A stretch of 47,308 nt of DNA, taken from Octopus sinensis (lineage: Eukaryota). A model generated the notes under the pieces. The model worked only from the letters and a program-made list of their open reading frames with translations, was not told the DNA's origin and searched no databases. Shown here piece by piece: positions 12,898 through 25,318 of the stretch. The stretch covers positions 1 through 47,308 of the forward strand of contig NW_021834547.1 in assembly GCF_006345805.1 (NCBI RefSeq). Reading direction: 5' to 3'. The position numbers and the translations under genes are program-made. How positions within the stretch are numbered: position 1 is the stretch's first letter; the number at the start of each line of letters is the position of its first letter.

Positions 12898-15843
12898 ATG
12901 GCACTCACAGAAACGCATCTTGAACCCGATATAGGTGATGCAGAAATACACATGCCGCAATATGCAGTCATACGCACAGATAGAAAAGGGAGGAGCCATG
13001 GTGGAGTTGCAATGTACATCCGAGATGACCTCACGCCCCAGGTCCTGCTGTCATATTCAAACTCAGTATGTGAAACTCAAATTGTACACATAAGACAACT
13101 GAATATCGTCATATGCACTACATATCGCCCACCAGACGCCCCAAAACACTCAGGCATGTTTGAAGACTGCCTAACAAAAATAGAAGTCCTCACCAACCTT
13201 GAACAGCACAACAGTGTATTCTTCATGGGTGACTTTAACCTCCCCAATGTGGAATGGCCTGGGGGGCAGATGCTCCCAGGGATGACACACCATCAGCAGG
13301 CACAGGTGGAGTCCCTGCTCCATCTCACAAATACCTCTTTCATGGAGCAAATAGTTCTGCAACCAACAAGGGCAGATAATATACTGGATCTGCTTCACAA
13401 ACAATATGGATATTATCCATAATGTTAATGTGATGCCGACAATGATCTCGGATCACAACATAATAGAGCTGTCTATGTATGGAACAAAAGCCCCTGCATA
13501 CACACAGCCTATACGAAGCACCTACCATCTCTCCAACTTAAACTTTCATAAATCAAAGTCACTGGAAGTCGATTGAGAAAGAGATCCTCAAGCAGGATTG
13601 GCCTGAATGTCTCTCCACACCGGACATAAACATGAAACACAAACACTTCATGTCCATAATACAAGCCATATGTGACAATATGTCCCAATGTGCAGGGCCA
13701 GCACACACAAGAACAAAAACAGGATCCCTAGAGAAAGGAGGATTCTTATGAGACGACGGACAAGGATTGCAAACCGCCTGAGCAAGCACAGCAAAAGTGG
13801 TGAGAAGTCTCGGCTCGAAAGAATGCTAATGGAAACTGAGAAAAAGTCTACATCAGTCCCATGAAAAGGGAGAGAGCAGATAAAGAAGCTTGGGTAATAG
13901 AAAATATAAAATCAAACCCTAAAGCTTTCTTTAAGTTTGCCAAAGAGACAGCCACAGTGCACCAGAGAATAGGACCTCTCTTCCAAAAAGATGGCTCTCT
14001 CACAGGAAATCCCACGAGGATAAGTGAAATACTGAACAAACAGTTCCAAAGTGTGTTCACTACACCTCTAGGACACAGGCAAGTAAACAACCCAGAAGAA
14101 TTCTTTGCCACTTTACCAGCGGCCAAAGAGACAAAAATTGAGTACATCAACATCGAAGAAGATGATATCACACTAGCCATTGATGAGATTGACACAAACT
14201 CAGCTGCTGGACCTGATGGATCCCAGCGATCCTTCTCAAATCGTGCAAACGAGCCCTTGCAAAACCGCTACAGCTTCTTTTTCAGAGCTTTCTTGCAAGT
14301 GGTAAGCTCCCAGTCAAACTGAAAGAGGGGGTAATATGCCCTATCCATAAGGGAGGTAGCAGAGCAGATGCTAAAAAAATTAGGCCTATCTCTCTGACCT
14401 CACACATCAGCAAAGTCATGGAACGAATAGTCCGTAAGAAACTAATCATCTTCCTTGAAGAAAATGACTTACTGTCTGACACCCAGCATGGATTTCGACC
14501 AGGTAGAGGCTGCCTAACACAGCTCCTGCAACACTATGACTGGGTGTTGAAACAGCTACTAAATGGCTCAAATGTGGATGTAATATATCTTGACTTTGCA
14601 AAAGCCTTTGATAAAGTCGACCATGGTATGATCTGTCACAAACTGCGTGGTCTCGGCAAAGGCGGGAAACTTGGAGAGTGGCTGCACAACTTCCTAAAAG
14701 ACAGAAAACAGGCAGTGGAGCCACCTCCAGGGAAACGCAAATAACAAGCGGTGTCCCACAGTGCGCTGTCTTGGGGCCACTGATGTTCATAGTGGCCCTT
14801 TCAGACATGCCTTCAGTTGCTACGATGACCACCCTTGCTAGCTATGCAGATGACACAAAAGTCTCCCACGCAATACAAAACCCTGAAAATATTGCGCATC
14901 TGCAACATGAGCTGGACACAATATACAGGTGGGCTGAGGACAACAACATGCAGTTTAATGCAGGTAAGTTCCAGGCCTGCGCTACTGGCACACAAAGGTA
15001 AATGACGTGAAGACTGGATACACTGGCCCAGGAAGAATTGCAATCCCTGAGTCAAATCAGTGCGTGACCTGGGCATTGACATGAGCAATGATGCATCTTT
15101 CCAAATGCATATTGCTAATCTGGTGATAAAATGCAGACGGCTAGCTGGATGGATTCTCCGAACTTTCAGAACAAGAGAGAAGGAGACACTGATGGTCCTA
15201 TGGAAAACATTTGTCCTCAGCCGCTTGGACTACTGCTCCCAACTTTGGTCACCACACAATATAAAACAAACAGCAGAACTCGAAGCAACTTAGAGAAGCT
15301 ACACAAAGAAAATCGTCTCAATGCAAAATGTCAGCTACTGGGAAAGACTGAAGGTATTAAACCTCTTCTCCCTCGGAGCGAGGCAGAGGAGAGAGATATG
15401 CAGTGATACATCTGGAAAATCCTGGAGGGTCTTGTCCCAAACTTTGGCATTCAAAGTTACTCCAACCGCAGAACGGGGCGCCGCTGTGTGGTGCCAAGGA
15501 TTCCAACATCACCATCAAAATACAGGTCCAGATACTGCAACAGCTTGGGTTTCAGAGGACCACAGCTCTTTAACATCCTCCCTAAATGCCTGAGAGACTT
15601 ACATGGTGTGGATGTGGGTTTCTTTAAAACTAAACTGGATCTCTTCTTGTTGGGAGTCCCAGATGAACCTACCTCACGACAGGAGACACAGGATGCGGGC
15701 AGCAGCATCGAACTCCCTTGTTGATCAAGTCCCACGTATCAGAGGTGGATTCACAAACTAGTGTAGCTCATTCAGCGGTGGTGCCCCAGCATGGCCACGG
15801 CCTTCGGGCTAAAACATTTTTAAGGATTTAAGGATTTTAAGGA
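12898..15843 (+). mobile_element. CR1/L2-group LINE, near-complete frameshifted ORF2 (APE endonuclease + RT) with 3' UTR and (AAGGATTT)n tail
   Basis: ALTETHL, GGVAMY, YRPP, MGDFNLP, PTRADNILDL, QHGFRPGRGC, YLDFAKAFDKVDH, SGVPQ..VLGPL, YADDTK, LDYCSQLWSP. Confidence 0.95.
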
Positions 15844-15877
15844 TATATATATACATACATATATATATACATACATA

Positions 15878-15909
<32 letters not shown>

Positions 15910-15920
15910 CATATATATAC

Positions 15921-15951
<31 letters not shown>

Positions 15952-16126
15952 CATACATATATATATACATACATATATATATACATACATATATATATAC
16001 ATACATATATATATACATACATATATATATACATACATATATATATACATACATATATATATATACATACATATATATATACATACATATATATATATAT
16101 ACATACATATATATATACATACATAT

Positions 16127-16167
<41 letters not shown>

Positions 16168-16617
16168 ACATACATATATATATACATACATACATATATA
16201 TATACATAATATATATATACATATATATATATACAATATATATAATATACATATATATATACATACATATATATATATATACATACATATATATATATAT
16301 ATATACATACACATATATATACATACATATATTATATATATATACATACATATATATATATACATACATATATATATATACATACATATATATATATATA
16401 CAGACATATATATATATACATACATATATATATATATATATATACATACATATATATATATATATACATACATATATATATATATACATACATATATATA
16501 TATACATACATATATATATATACATACATATATATACATACACATATATATACATACATATATATATACATACATATATATATACATACATATATATATA
16601 CATACATATATACATAC
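15844..16617. repeat. (TACA/TA)n microsatellite
   Basis: Direct sequence. Confidence 0.95.
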
Positions 16618-16618
16618 A

Positions 16619-16993
16619 CTAGCAGTATCGCCCGGCGTTGCTCAGGTTTGTAAGGGAAATAACTATAAAGCATTTTTAGAGAGTTATAGCCAAAAAATAG
16701 CAAAAAGATGGGAAAAAATGATGGTAATTTTTTTTTTAGTTAAAAAAGGTGGAGTTGCGTCCCCTAGACATTTTGTGTTTCTGATTCTGGACCCCATGTC
16801 GAATTTATCGATTTTTTTCAGAACTGGGGGAACTTTTCAAAAGTTTCGCTGCGTTAGTTTTGAATTATGACATTGGGCTATGTGTGTGTCAAGTTTCATC
16901 AGAATCGGTTGAAAGCCGTGGTCAGGGTGAAGGTACAAGCAAACAGACACACAGAAACACGCACAGACAAACTGCCGTTTATATAGAGAGAGA
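16619..16993 (-). mobile_element. Non-autonomous Helitron-like element
   Basis: On the minus strand it starts A|TC and ends with hairpin CCTGAGCAACGCCGGG then CTAG|T; collinear with 44268-44654. Confidence 0.75.
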
Positions 16994-16994
16994 T

Positions 16995-17080
16995 ACATAT
17001 ATATATACATACATATATATATACATACATATATACATACATACATATATACATACATACATATATATATACATACATAT

Positions 17081-17113
<33 letters not shown>

Positions 17114-17302
17114 CATACATACATATATATATACATACATACATACATATATATATACAAACATATATATACATATATATATATACATACATATATATAT
17201 ATACATATATATATATACATATATATATATACATACATATATATATATATATACATACATATATATACATATATATATACATTATTATTATTATTATTAT
17301 TA
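16995..17302. repeat. (TACA/TA)n plus (ATT)n microsatellite
   Basis: Direct sequence. Confidence 0.95.
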
Positions 17303-17509
17303 TTTCTTACAAAATATATACAACTGCTTAAGAAGTATTCGAGTCGAACCAAAGACAAAAGATAAGAATTTTAAAATATCTCAAATTCGGCAATCAACTT
17401 TGTTTTACATAGGAATACATAGTTATAAATTCGATTTAAAATGTATATATATATATATATATATGTAGAGGGAGAGAGAGAGAGAGAGAGAGAGACCTTG
17501 CTGCATGCA

Positions 17510-17950
17510 ATCAAGCCCTAAGCATAGCACTCGTGGAAACTCACCTCACCCCTGAAATAGAGGATGCAGAAGTACACGTACCAAAATATATCATACTGCG
17601 AACAGACAGAAGGGAAAGGAACCATAGAGTTGCTGTATACATCCGTAATGACCTCAAACCCAAGGTCTTACTGTCATATTCAAATTCAGTACGTGCCATT
17701 CTAATCGTATACATAAAGCAACACAATACAGTCATATGTAATACATATTGCCCACCGGAGGCTCCAAACCACATAGGCAAGTGTGAAGATCGCCTCACAA
17801 GAATTAATGAAATCCTCATGCAACTGGAACACCACGTGAGCATATTTCTTATGCGTGATTTCAACTTCGCCAATGTCAAATGGCCCGAAGGCCTCATGCT
17901 CTCAGTAATGACTCATTGAAAATAAGCACAGGTAGAGTCCCTGCTCAACC
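17510..17950 (+). mobile_element. CR1/L2-group LINE endonuclease fragment
   Basis: ORF 17533-17919 (ETHL..ILRTDR..VAVYIR..YCPP..RDFNF) is paralogous to 12898-13422. Confidence 0.9.
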
Positions 17951-17954
17951 GCTT

Positions 17955-19410
17955 ATTTTTATCTCATGTTGTCACTGCACTACCGAGCATAGCTCTGAGC
18001 ACCTTGGGTATGTGCTGCGGTTTGTTGTGGTCCTCTTATTTTCATATTTGTGCTATTTTCTATGTTTATATTTACTTGTAAGTCCTAGTACTTTTCTTAC
18101 GCATTTTTCTGAATACTTTTTATCATACCTTCTGTGATACGAATTATTCGTTTCTGTTTTTAGATTCCACATTCGTGTTACCTCTACTTCCAGATTCTTG
18201 CATTTTGATAGTTCCTCTATTTTAGAAAAACTTTGTCATCTGTTGGTATTGATATATCAAGTAGAAAGCATTTTTTTTATTGATGATTTCTAGCAACTAT
18301 ACCCGACCTGATAGCCTTAATTTCTCTACCTGTGTGTATTGAGGAAGATTTGGTCTTGTGTTGAAAATAAAAATCCTTTAGTCTCTACTCTGAGTCCCGA
18401 GCTTCTCAGCCATTGTTGGGATTTTGCTTTGTTTATTTTGAGTTTAGTTTAACCCAATATTTGCCATGAAGGGGCTTTCCTTGCCATCATGTTATCATGA
18501 TCCGTTGCTGTTCCAGTTTTAGCTTGGATTTCAGTTATTTTACATCGTTTGTTTTTTCTTCTTTTTCCTCATACCTGTTAGATACTACGACTCTTACCCT
18601 GGCCATAATTAGACCCTCTCTTCTTTCTGCGACTGTTTTCAGTTATGGCTTTAGTGATAAGTAGCTGATCTTTACAACCCTTGCAGCATCCCTTCTGCTC
18701 TTCTGGAAGCAAAGGCTATTTTCTTCGATACGCTTACCCATTCGCTGTGATATTATTGAAGTAAAGGCTTTGTAAGATGCAGAGAGACAAGTATTCTTTT
18801 TGTAATTTCGTGGGTTTGCCGTTTCAGAGGATTTGGGAATTAGGATAGTTTACCCTTCCGTGAGCCATTCAGTCATTGTCTCTGGCTTTGCTAGTATTTC
18901 ATTGGCAGGTATTTTAACCAGGACTTAAGGATCTTGTGCCCAGGTGCCTTCCAGTTGCGTAGGTTTTTCAGTGCCTGGGTGACCTCTTCAGTTGTTATAG
19001 GGTCCAGAGTTGTTCAGGTGCTGTTTTTTTTATTTTAAAAGACATTTTCTGAGGTAGTTCCATCGACGACCATATTTCTTTCCCAAATTCTTCCATTTCT
19101 GCTGGTGGTGCTGCATTGATCTCTAAGTTATTTTTGCCAAGTTCTTGGTAGAATCTTTTGGGGTTAGAGTTGAATTCTTTCTTTTGTTCAGAGAAATGTT
19201 GACGTTTCTCATACTGGCGGATTCTTTGTGCTTTGGTAAGGATATTTTGCTTCAGCTGTTCTTTTAACTCAGGCCTACCTTGTTCTGCAATTTTGTATTC
19301 ATTGAGTATTTTTCTTGTTTTCTTGTTAATTAGTAGTGTTGATTTTTATTACATTCATTAAGGATTGACAAATTATTTCTCTTATTTTCATCAAATATGC
19401 TGCGACGAAC
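17955..19410 (-). mobile_element. Internally deleted R4/Dong-like non-LTR element (RT N-terminal part + REL endonuclease)
   Basis: NWKAPG, LIPKSSETANPRNY, EQKGCCKGCKDQLLITK, and an REL-type region KKCFLLDISIPTDD..EVTRMWNLKT. Confidence 0.8.
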
Positions 19411-19419
19411 TTGTTCTTC

Positions 19420-19725
19420 ATTTTTTTGTGCAATATATTGTTCAGCTCCAGGATCCCAAATTACTTGTACCCATCATCATCCGGGTCTTTTATTCTCTCT
19501 CCGTTTGGCCCTCCTATAGTCCTACAATTTACTCTTTCCCTCGCTTCAAAATAAGCACCGAAAACTTCGAGATACCTACTTCCGTCCCTATATCCATGTT
19601 GCACATTTGCACAGCCTCAACACCAGCCCCTCCTTTTCAGACTCTGCTGTTTGCGAAAAGTTTTAAATCAGCCATGAAGAGGTGTTTGAGACGAGGTCCA
19701 TTCTTTCTCAGTTTATAGTGCCCAT
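19420..19725 (-). mobile_element. R4-like RT catalytic-core fragment
   Basis: HLFMADLKLFA (= HLL(Y/F)MDDLKLFA), DIG.EVG.SKF.VL.LKRGK, GYK*FGILE. Confidence 0.75.
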
Positions 19726-20367
19726 TGATTTTGCATAGGACTACAGAAAGTTTTCAAATCAGTATTCTACATATTCTTGATGCGTAAAACAATTTCTGTA
19801 TTGATTCTTAAATATGGTAAGTGTGATCGACCTAAGAGACAGAAAGTTGAAACAGCAAGAAACCACAAGCTAGCAGCGTATTTAAATTTTCAGGAAATGT
19901 ATGTGAACTAATATGAGTTTGGAGAGTGAGATGGGGTGGGCACCCACAGTGACTTAGTATTATAAATAATGACAAGAAGGAAAGCATTGGTATAAGGAAG
20001 GAGTTAGAGTCATCAAAAGACCGATAGAAAAGGATGTCAGTAGAATTCTCTGACGAAATTAGAGAAGAGGCGAGGAACAAGACAAGAGCTACATCGGATC
20101 ACAAAGGCGCAGTAGGGTTATGGATAAGGAGCAATTAAGTGCATCATATTTTAGGGATACTAAACTACCAGGAACCAGACGTGGCTTGAGATGCGTCATT
20201 GGGAGGTTGGTTGGTGGAGCGTCAACCTGTAATGTGCGGTCAAACAAATGATTTATCTATCCACCTAAGGAAATATACACGTGTACATATGCATATAGGC
20301 ACGTACGCATACATACACAAACCCCAAAACAAACGCATAATCCCGAACAATATGTATGTGTGTGTGT

Positions 20368-20406
<39 letters not shown>

Positions 20407-20409
<3 letters not shown>

Positions 20410-20559
20410 CAAAACAGTTTGATTCAAATTCGTTGTGATTTAAGCGCGATGCAAGTCGTTATCCATTTTGAATTTGAACTCAAATTCAAAATGGCTGACG
20501 ACTAGCATCGCGTCTGAAACTCAAAAGTACCAACGAATTTGAATCAAACTGTTCTGATT
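20407..20559. mobile_element. Fold-back (palindromic) MITE-like element
   Basis: Near-perfect inverted arms AATCAAAACAGTTTGATTCAAATTCGTTG / CAACGAATTTGAATCAAACTGTTCTGATT, with centre CCATTTTGAATTTGA-AC-TCAAATTCAAAATGG. Confidence 0.75.
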
Positions 20560-20618
20560 GATATATGTAACTCTCAATAAATTGATTGAGGGCCCTCCTT
20601 TTGTTTGTCCACTCACTC

Positions 20619-20660
<42 letters not shown>

Positions 20661-20842
20661 GGAAACATGCTGCTGAAGACGTTTATACCGATAGAACACT
20701 CGGTAAATTGTCTTCATGTAAGTTGAAACTAATTCCTTTTATGTTTTTCCTGCAAAAAAACAGTCCTCTTTTACGAAACGTTTGAAATTCCGATATTATA
20801 ACATTTCTCTATCGCCCCCGCACCCACTTATAGTGAAAATTG

Positions 20843-20890
<48 letters not shown>

Positions 20891-21399
20891 AGTGATATTT
20901 TTGTTGCTTGTTTATTTCTCCTAAATCATAGCAACACATTTGACCATCGTCCCTTGTTGGCGATGCACCCATCCAACACAGCTGCTGAGTGATATCCGAC
21001 AGACTGGACAGGGCCACACAGAAGGCCTCTATGACTATGGGAACGTGATTTAGTTCAAAAATTGGGGTCAAAATGGACAAGAATCAAGCAATCAAGAAAG
21101 AGCTCACTGTGACCAGTACGTAGCGAGGTATAGCAGAATTTAATAATCTGGTCGATACAGTGGTATACTGTATCCCCATTCTCCCCATTATGAACATCAA
21201 CATCATCGTCAAAGTCATCCTGTTCCGGGCTGGAATCGTGCTCCTGTGTGCTTTGGCATGTTTAATACACCATAATACCCTTCTAATGCTTACCACATTT
21301 CAACATAATCCGTGTGTAATTTTCATTCCATCAGCACAAGTGGGGTTACCATGTTTCTTACAAGATTATAAACACCAAGGTGGAGCAAGTTTAAGCGAG

Positions 21400-22095
21400 G
21401 AGAAGGAGTAGAAAGGAGTAAAGTATGAGAGAAAAGGGTCGGAGCAGCAGGAGTTTGCTGTTTATAAAGGAGTAAGATGACCTTTCGTATTTTAGAAGAG
21501 AGGATGGAGGTGATCAGGTGGAGCAGGAGAGTTAAAAAAAAGATCGGTGTGATGAGGTGTCAGGGTGAACATTGACGGTACGACGTGGGTAGGATGAGTG
21601 GGGAGTAGGGGATATCTTTTAATGCAGAACCACAGAAAAGAAATGGTGATACTGTAAAAAGGAGAAGGAAGAGTGAGAGAGATGACACGCTGTTGGGTAG
21701 GTTGGAGGAGTGGATGGGGGAGAGAAAGAGGAATGCACAGTGTATGGGAAAAGGGAGTGGTGTGGTGGTGGGTGAGGGGAGATAAATTGGAGGTACGGAA
21801 GGGTTGGGGAAGGGGCGAGGATTGAAAGTATGGGTGGGGAGAACAGTAAGGAAGTATGAAGGGTGGATAAATTGTGAAATGATTCTGAGTAGAAAAACAG
21901 TGGCATGGAAGAATTGGTGTTAGGTAGGTTACGGGTGGTGGTGAGTGTCTTGAAAAGGAGGGAAACTGGGTGAAGCATCCAGTTGTGCATATCGCCAATC
22001 ATCTTGATCCCATGTAATCTCCTCCATGTTGTCCAAGATTCCGAGATCAACATTCAGTCTCTTCCATGAAGCCGAAAGTCCTGTGATCGGTGAAA
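21400..22095 (-). repeat. Inverted homolog of the 10975-11660 repeat
   Basis: Shared blocks at both ends; both copies abut a (TG/CA)n array. Confidence 0.6.
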
Positions 22096-22108
22096 CACAC
22101 ACACTCAT

Positions 22109-22141
<33 letters not shown>

Positions 22142-22174
22142 CATCTGTGTGCATATGTGATTGTGTGTATTATG

Positions 22175-22259
<85 letters not shown>

Positions 22260-22531
22260 CATACATACCTCCCCTCTGACTGGCCACTGGTACTTATAGT
22301 GTCAAATACTTTCGGTATGCAAATTAGAGATCCTTACATAGAGTAACTGCAGCATTTGTTGAGTATAGAAACAGTTTGGCTGCTTGTTTCGCTGGACACT
22401 GTCAGAATGATGTGGATATCTCTCATGAGAACGCAACAAGGGTTGAAAATCAATTAAGGTTGTTCATTATCTTTTTTTTCAATCTGTGGAGAAATGCCTA
22501 AAATTTACCCTGTTTATAATTATACCATATG

Positions 22532-22559
<28 letters not shown>

Positions 22560-22563
<4 letters not shown>

Positions 22564-22748
22564 CCGCGTATGTACCGTTGGAGATTTTTTTCCCTCCGTC
22601 TTCCCTTCTTTGGATCTTTCCTTTTCCTATGGTTTTCACGAAGAGCTCCGCTCGAAACGTTAAACCCTCCTTCTTTCCTGGGCGTCCAATAATACTCTAC
22701 ATGTTCCACGTCCTCACGTTGTTGTGTTTTATGTTTGTGTTTTCATGT
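22560..22748 (+). mobile_element. Short Penelope-pLTR/retrozyme-like insert in (TA)n, carrying a damaged hammerhead
   Basis: GGTTT-tcacgaa-GAGC tcc GCTC-GAAACGTT-AAACC at 22631-22666; downstream CCTGGGCGTCCAATAATAC..GTTCCAC resembles the 23.7 kb and 30.9 kb copies. Confidence 0.6.
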
Positions 22749-22924
22749 ATATATATACATACATACATGTATATAATACATACATGTATATATATACATA
22801 CATACATATATAAATCTTTATATATATATATATAGATAGATAGATAGATAGATACATACATACATACATACACATATACATATATATACATACATATATA
22901 CATACATACATCATTCATACATAA

Positions 22925-22968
<44 letters not shown>

Positions 22969-23087
22969 GTAAATTAGAAACTGATTCTACTGGTTGACAT
23001 ATAATACGATGATTCTTTCCATCTCTAATATATGATATATAGAAGCTGTTTTTTTCTAATATTAAAAATTGTCCCCAGTGATATTAA

Positions 23088-23350
23088 CATGAAAACCACT
23101 ACACTGACTGTAATAATATAACAAAATGGAAGCCTGCAGTAAATATATAGAATTTAGTTGCTGGATCTACCAAAAAGAGATAAAATAGAGTTCTACCTAT
23201 TTCAAAAATTGCAGATAGCTCTACCAGTCTGAAGAATAATAGCTTGGTCTACCAGTATAAATGATAGCAACCAGTCGTATCAATGTGAGAATATATATGA
23301 AATTATTCATAAACAGAATATACAGCATTCATTTTAAGCAAATCCTTTGA
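23088..23350 (+). repeat. Copy of the unclassified 11738-11990 repeat
   Basis: Collinear similarity. Confidence 0.7.
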
Positions 23351-23484
23351 TGACATTCTCAAGAAATCATTCATCCCAATTCAGAAAATGGCAGAAAAGG
23401 TGGAGAAATTAAACTTAACAGAAGCAATTGATACCTTAAAAATGATTCTATTCTCATACATATATACATGCATACATACATACA

Positions 23485-23516
<32 letters not shown>

Positions 23517-23616
23517 CATATATATACATACATACATATACATACATACATATATATATATGTGTGTGTGTATGTTCGTTATGTGTGTGTGTTATAATAT
23601 AATATATATATATATA

Positions 23617-23684
<68 letters not shown>

Positions 23685-23699
23685 TATATATATATAATT

Positions 23700-24100
23700 G
23701 ATAAAAAAGGGCAAAAAAGTTAAGAAAAACAACAACATGGTACATGCAAATTGTTAATAGACGCTCACAGAAGGAAGGAAAGAAAAGGTGTTTTACGTTT
23801 CAAGCAAAGGTCTTTTTCAGATACAGGAGACAGAGTAAAATCCAAGAGAAAATTAAGACAAAGGGGAAATAAGGATTCACATAGACTCGGGTACTTGAAA
23901 ATATATGTACCAGGTAGGGTTGGATAAACTGTGTTTCCGGTCTATGGTTGATAAGTATCAAATCGGATATTCTGGTTGTGTACACAGAGAAACCAACTTC
24001 ATGAACATCGGACACTTATGAGAAAAGATGGAAGCAAGTGGTAGGCGTGTTGGGAATGAAAGATCCTACATGAGTGTGTCCATAAAAGGTTAACAAAAGG
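23700..24100 (-). mobile_element. Penelope-pLTR-like fragment with degenerate hammerhead (23788-23826)
   Basis: Minus strand TGTAT CTGAAAAA GACC TTT GCTT GAAAC GTA AAACA; the fragment ends at (TA)n. Confidence 0.5.
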
Positions 24101-24636
24101 TTTCAGTGGAGGAACGCGTTCTGCGGGGTCATAAACTGTTTCCCCTCCATCAGTACTTTGCTTGTTCGTCCCTCATTCGATATATTCCGTAAAATTTCAA
24201 ATTCATTACGTAAATACCATTCGCTTACGTAGACCCCGCATTTCATTTTGTATTGTCCCTCTGTGTTTCGTCCTTGCGGTCGAAATAAAAGTCATTCGTA
24301 ATTTCTCCTTTTTTGGTACGTGTTTCATTTCTGCTGAAAGTTTTGGCGTGGATGGTTGTGCTTTTGTGTGCTGCTTTGCAGCGGTCCTTTTTGTGAAAAG
24401 CCACCATTCGTTTGGTGGTTGTCAGTCGTTGAGAAAATGAAAAGCTATGCTGAATGAACAGAGGGTCGAACGTGTGTTGACCCGAGGGTACTGAAGCAGA
24501 ATGTATTCTTTCCCGATTTGGGACTGATGAAGAAATGTGGAAGTTTGATCAAGAGGGAGGGGTCAAATGTAAAGATGTCTCTTCCAGAGCGAGAGCGCGC
24601 TGTAATAAGAAAGAGGACGATAACATACAGAACTTT

Positions 24637-24772
24637 TAAATTTCTAAATATCTCAGAGATATAAGCAGTGGTGGTACGATAGAGCAGCTGTATATTGCCA
24701 ACTTAACGTGACAGTCCCATAAAGGGAATCACACCACCGCTATTTAGTCCCGGGAAGCATCAACGCTTCCTG
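24637..24772 (-). repeat. Structured leader repeat, copy 2 (copy 1 at 26828-26925)
   Basis: TAAATTTCTAAATATCTCAGAGATATAAGCAGTG..TCCCATAAAGG.AATCAC..ACCGCTATTTAG.CC..GGAAGC..GCTTCCT is shared; copy 1 lacks about 35 bp internally. Confidence 0.85.
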
Positions 24773-24844
24773 TCGGTCTTGACACATTTCCTGTGTCCTT
24801 ATGTTTACATGGGGGAGACAAGCACCCCCTCCAGCCAAGCCTGC

Positions 24845-24888
24845 ATCCAGAGACATGTTTCTGAGTCTTGCTCGTCATCAGTCTGGAT
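24845..24888 (-). ncRNA. Minimal type-I hammerhead ribozyme, core intact
   Basis: AUCCAGA CUGAUGA C GAG CAAGA CUC A GAAA CAUG UC^ UCUGGAU: 7-bp stem I, canonical core, palindromic ACAUGU helix III and GUC cleavage triplet. Confidence 0.85.
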
Positions 24889-25318
24889 TAGCATGGCTTT
24901 TTTCTTTATTATAGGCACAATGGCTTGATTATATAGAGGGGACATAACAAGACAAACGGGAACATAACACAAATGATGTATGATTGATGGAATGATTAAC
25001 AAATAATGAGAATGAGACGCTTCGACTTACTTCCGCTGCGAGACGAACTCTGAACTTTTCACATTAATTCTCAATACCATCGTGTCTCACTGTGAAGCGA
25101 AACCACAATGGTCTTCGTATCATTATCGTATAAAATGTATCATTAATTGTTCACATTAGTCTTTCTATTTTCCTTTTCTATTTTATCTTTTTTTTTTCCA
25201 AGTATTACATTTTTTCTTTTTTTTACAATTTCACAAAACACAAGTTCAATTCTCAGTTCATTTACAGTTCAATTCACAGTTCTTTTTAAACATTAATTGC
25301 ATTACGCTCGTAATTATA

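Noticed and set aside
20660-20790. CTGAAGA at 20673 and CGAAACGTT at 20774 as a hammerhead
   Set aside because: I could not build consistent stems I and II joining the boxes.
21070-21380. Possible mariner N-terminal relic (MDKN..AEF..SAQVG.P)
   Set aside because: Similarity too weak, with no diagnostic WVP motif.
24700-24840. HDV-like ribozyme in the leader
   Set aside because: Hairpins are present, but I could not assign the nested double pseudoknot (P1/P1.1/P2/P3).
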